Below are positions 59,871 through 64,000 of a stretch of 64,000 nt of DNA, in pieces. The notes beneath the pieces are model-generated. The model saw nothing but the letters and a program-made list of their open reading frames with translations. It searched no databases and was not told the DNA's origin. Origin of the DNA: Eledone cirrhosa (lineage: Eukaryota); contig OZ024740.1 of assembly GCA_964016885.1 (NCBI GenBank), forward strand, positions 344,844,001-344,908,000. The letters are read 5' to 3'. A program made the position numbers and the translations under genes. The stretch's first letter is position 1. The number at the start of each line of letters is the position of its first letter.

Positions 59871-61229
59871 GGGAAATATACGTCTTCCCCTATCTCGTCA
59901 CTTTAACTAAGCTGCAGTCTTGGGTCAAGCGAATATCGAGAGTAGGCGCCTAGCATCTGTAATGTTGCCAGGTGCTTGCTATCCTCTACCAACCGGGCAA
60001 TGTGTTTAGTAGAAATTTCCCCGTTTTATGTAGAGGATGATTTGCGGGGAAGTGTGACGACGTTCTCGAGGAAACTCTATTTATCGACGGAAACAAACTA
60101 TCAAAACTGTTCCGCAGGACCATCGTTCCAGGGCCTATTGATAAATTAGAGAAAATGTTGGCCTAACAATGCTACTATTGAAGACTGCCGGTTAGAAACA
60201 AACTATACTGGCACAAAAGTACTTTAGGGTGGACCTGTTCAAGTTTGGCACAGAGCTACGAAACTGTTCTACACTCACTCGTCAAATCTTTGGGTATTGC
60301 TGATTTATTGGAGAAATCTGTTTGTATTTATTTATTGGTAATGTTTCCCTTCTTTTCATATGTTTATACGCAAATCCTTAATGACTCTTTTCGTTTGTAT
60401 TGTTATTTATCTTTTGGCCCTAGTGGCCAATAAACAAATTAATATTTTTATCATTAATATTATTATTATAAAAATAAGAATGATAATAATATATAAATCC
60501 TCACTTAACGGAAAATATGTGCCCTAATAACTGTGTAATACTAATTACACAGTCATTAGTAATCAAAATTCTTCGCTTGCTGACCAATTGTGCTAATAGA
60601 TTCAGAGTAGTAGACAGGAAGTTCGTTTGATTGAGACTAGTTCTAAATATGTCTGGGAGCATAATTGTAGAACAAAATATTTAATACATACATACTAATA
60701 CACACACATAAATATATATATTCATATGTGACTGTGAATATATACAGTATATATACTGGAAGTATGTATTTTCAGAAAGCGGTGAGTGGTGTTTGAGAAT
60801 TGAAATATAAGACTTCGCCGTAAATTCTTGATTAAAAACAGGTTAATAAAAACTGGAATAAACGGTTAATAAACGGGAAAAAAAAATCAGGGGCGGCAGA
60901 ACAAATGGAAGTCGAACGCACACTTCTCATTTCCCGAATAAGTACGCTACCGTTACGCCAATGAACCCACCCATTTCAGCCATTTATTTTCAGGAGCTAT
61001 AACGTCATAGTATTATGTAAACAAAATATGTTTAGAAAGCAGCAAGCTGTGTTTGACAATTTAAATAGAATTCTTCACCGTAACTTTTTGACGAAATAAA
61101 AAAAAGTCTAATAATGGTTTCTGAATTTGGCACAAGTTCAACAATTTTTTGGGGGTGGGTTGGGGTATTCGATTAAATTGACACTAGTGAGCTAAAGTTA
61201 CTTTTATAGGATGTGGGAGATCCATATCA

Positions 61230-62290
61230 GCAAACCCCTTGAAATGATTAGCACCGTTCCACGGTTGTATTAAACGGTAACAATAGCAAAGATTAACTAG
61301 GAAAAGTCATTTTTCACCAGCTCTCTCCTTGGAGGAGCTGCAACCTGGGTTAAAGGAAGATGGACAGGGAGCGCTTGGAAACTGGAATATTTTCAAGCAC
61401 TCACAGTCCCCTGCGAATTGGACAGTATGATCAGCGGAAACTTCTCCTTCTATAGTGTATTAGTTGCGGGCCAAACGATAATGTTCTTTTGGAGATTATG
61501 GGCGTCGACGAAAATCAACTAGCCCATTATTAACGGAGGACCTTCTGGTCAGGTCCCAGGGTTCACATTCAGAAATACCTTATAAAGCATTGTTACCGAT
61601 CTCTATGAGCATAGAAGTGTCAACATCTTAGCCAGTCCGAGATGTACGCATGGCGATGAAAGTGTTCAACACACACTCGACAAGTGTCTGAGTATTGCTG
61701 ATTTGTTGGTTCATGACGAACACGTGCTGTCACCTGTAGGAGATATTCAGCTATCAGCTGAATTCATAGTGAAGTTTGCACCCCTGCCAACATTTATCCG
61801 CGTGGGAAGACAGTTTTATCTGCCTGGGACCTATAGCAAAAGAAGTCCTATGGTGCTTACACTTGAAAGTTTTGGAGTCAAACACTTCTCCCTTCGGCGA
61901 TGCCAGACTAACTTTGTCAGGTTTTACTTGAAGAACAAATTCAGGGTGGACTGGGAAGTTCTACCTTCCAACTAGTTTGTTGAAACCTGGGTGATATTTG
62001 TATCGCCCGATTGAATGGGTGTGCTTTGAATATGCGCTTGTGGAGAAGTGGAGGACTAGTAGGAGGAGGTACTTACCCTCCCGGTCAGTGTGACCGTGGC
62101 TTTTTGTGGGCTTTCTACATAAGTGACCGTCGGACATTTCCCCACTAATGTGGGATGTTGATTTGGTTTGAATTTTAGAGTTTTCATTGTTTTGATTCAT
62201 ATCTTTACATGCAAAATCCCGCACCTTATCGTTATTTGCTGCTCTGTACCATCTGGTGCAGTCTTTAATGTTTTCTTAATGTGAGACATG
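61230..62290 (+). mobile_element. Highly degenerate LINE RT fragment (RTE-like, tentative), followed by (CTT)n
   Basis: GC-richer block with remnants such as KYL..IVTDLYE and FGVKHFS..CQ in RT-like order. No intact YADD seen. Confidence 0.4.
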
Positions 62291-62404
62291 TATGGCTAAT
62301 AAAGAAATTCTTCTTCTTCTTCTTCTTCTTCTTCTTCTTCTTCTTCTTCTTCTTCTTCTTCTTCTTCTTCTTTCTCAATCAGAAACAATTATTATTATTA
62401 TAGA

Positions 62405-62612
62405 ACATAGGTGGATCGGTAGAGAGTTGAACAACTTGTTTTGCAGTACAGAGTTATATCCGTTTACGTTCGGCGTTCAACTCACACCATTGTTAACTTT
62501 GCCTTTCAGCCTTACGGATTAGATAAAATAAAGTACCATTAACACATTTGTGTCGATTTGATGAATATTTACTTCCCCAAATATTGTTGGCCTTGTGCCT
62601 AAATATGAAACC
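62405..62612 (+). mobile_element. Degenerate tRNA-derived SINE
   Basis: GTTAACTTTGCCTTTCAGCCTTACGG..GATAAAATAAAGTACCA...GGCCTTGTGCCTAAA. Confidence 0.8.
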
Positions 62613-64000
62613 ATTATTATTATTTCATTGCCTTTTCCGCTTACATACTCTTGTGATAGAATTTGGGAAAGGATAAAAAAAGCCATCGTGAATTCTCGTT
62701 TTATTTTTGCTTTTTGCTTCATCAGGTCGTCTTTAGTTTTAATTTCCGAATGTGAGTAGATATTTCTAAAATATAAACCACTCTCTTACTGGAATAATCT
62801 GTAGTCTTCTGCCTATCGTAGAAACCATTATTTGAGCAGAACCTCATTAAATTTAACAACGGTTGTGACGAAGACGACGACGACGACGGCCATTATCCCA
62901 GCGCCAGCACTGCCACAGCCACCACGATGTCGAAGTTATCTATGACTGCCATGATGTTACAGCATTACGCCCCGAACACAGCAATGATGTGAAATTACCC
63001 ACCTCATATTGTTAGTTGTAACATGATAGCTTATAGTTATTGCAGAAACCCCCCCACGCAATATGATCTTGTTTCGTCTGGGTAGATGCACAAACCTTTT
63101 CCGGCAACTCACTATTCACAACGTGCTCATAATTCTTCATTTCATCTCAGATGTCACACAATACGATGAAAAGTTTTATGATCAGGATTGACACATGTGA
63201 TGAAAAATGTGATACATGTGAACTCAGTTCTAGTTTCTCATTATTCTTTCCATCTGCTTCTGTCTCTCCTTCTCCCCCACACTCTCTATCTGTCTAACTA
63301 CATATATATATCTACATGTTATTCTCTTCTTCTCTTCAATCAATGCTTTTTTTTTCTCAACTAGTTTTGGGGATTTGTATATTTTTTAAATTTTCATTTC
63401 TATGTCTCATAAAAGGTCCTTATTATCAATGTACCTTTACTGGATATTTATCGTTTTTCCTCTAAGTGTACTAATTCATACTCCTGCTTCTTGTATGAGA
63501 TACTTTGCTCTGACTGAAAAGAACATATATAACATATACAAACATACTTTCACACATATACCACCGACACAACAATGAGCACGTAATCACACTAACTTTC
63601 TCATATTTTCTCCGTGGTATATTTCCTTATGTCAAAACGAATTGTTTAATCCTTTGAATAAGTCACCAGGTAATATATGGTGCGAGATCTATAAATCAAA
63701 TGCATCGATTTCAAAATAATACAGGTACCTTTAGAATATATCCTGTTGGAAGTTCTGAAATGTGTTGTGAGTGTTGGCTGTCTGTATTTCCATATCTATT
63801 TGAAAACGTATTTAATTTTGTGAATTTTTTAGTCGGGATGAGTTCATTTGACGCTAGCCTTCCTGGTTATTCAGTATTATCGATCATATGAAGGGAAACA
63901 TATTTCTTTAACCTGAAATATATTTTTATCTTTAAGACCAGCGTATCTTAAACTTGGTTAGCAAAAAAATACGTAATACGATTTAAAAAAATGCTGATCT

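Overview
Very AT-rich, microsatellite-saturated eukaryotic non-coding DNA. The (TA)n/(CA)n density and the SINE and Penelope content suggest a cephalopod such as Octopus (inference). Nearly all ORF-track entries are microsatellite artefacts, and no intact host gene is evident beyond one possible terminal exon near 6.6 kb. Recognisable coding remnants are retroelement-derived: two Neptune-type Penelope-like elements (PLEs), a second divergent PLE (RT plus GIY-YIG), a separate GIY-YIG fragment, RTE-like LINE fragments and a CRE-like endonuclease fragment, plus many tRNA-derived SINEs. The main signal is about 20 type I hammerhead ribozyme (HHR) motifs from roughly nine non-coding repeat families, folded by eye. 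Two families form tandem arrays with one HHR per unit (about 430-490 nt and 631 nt, retrozyme-like). Many sit in fold-back inverted repeats inside (TA)n tracts. Several carry recurrent core variants (U3-A8, pyrimidine 10.1/U11.1 mismatch, A13C, U4C).
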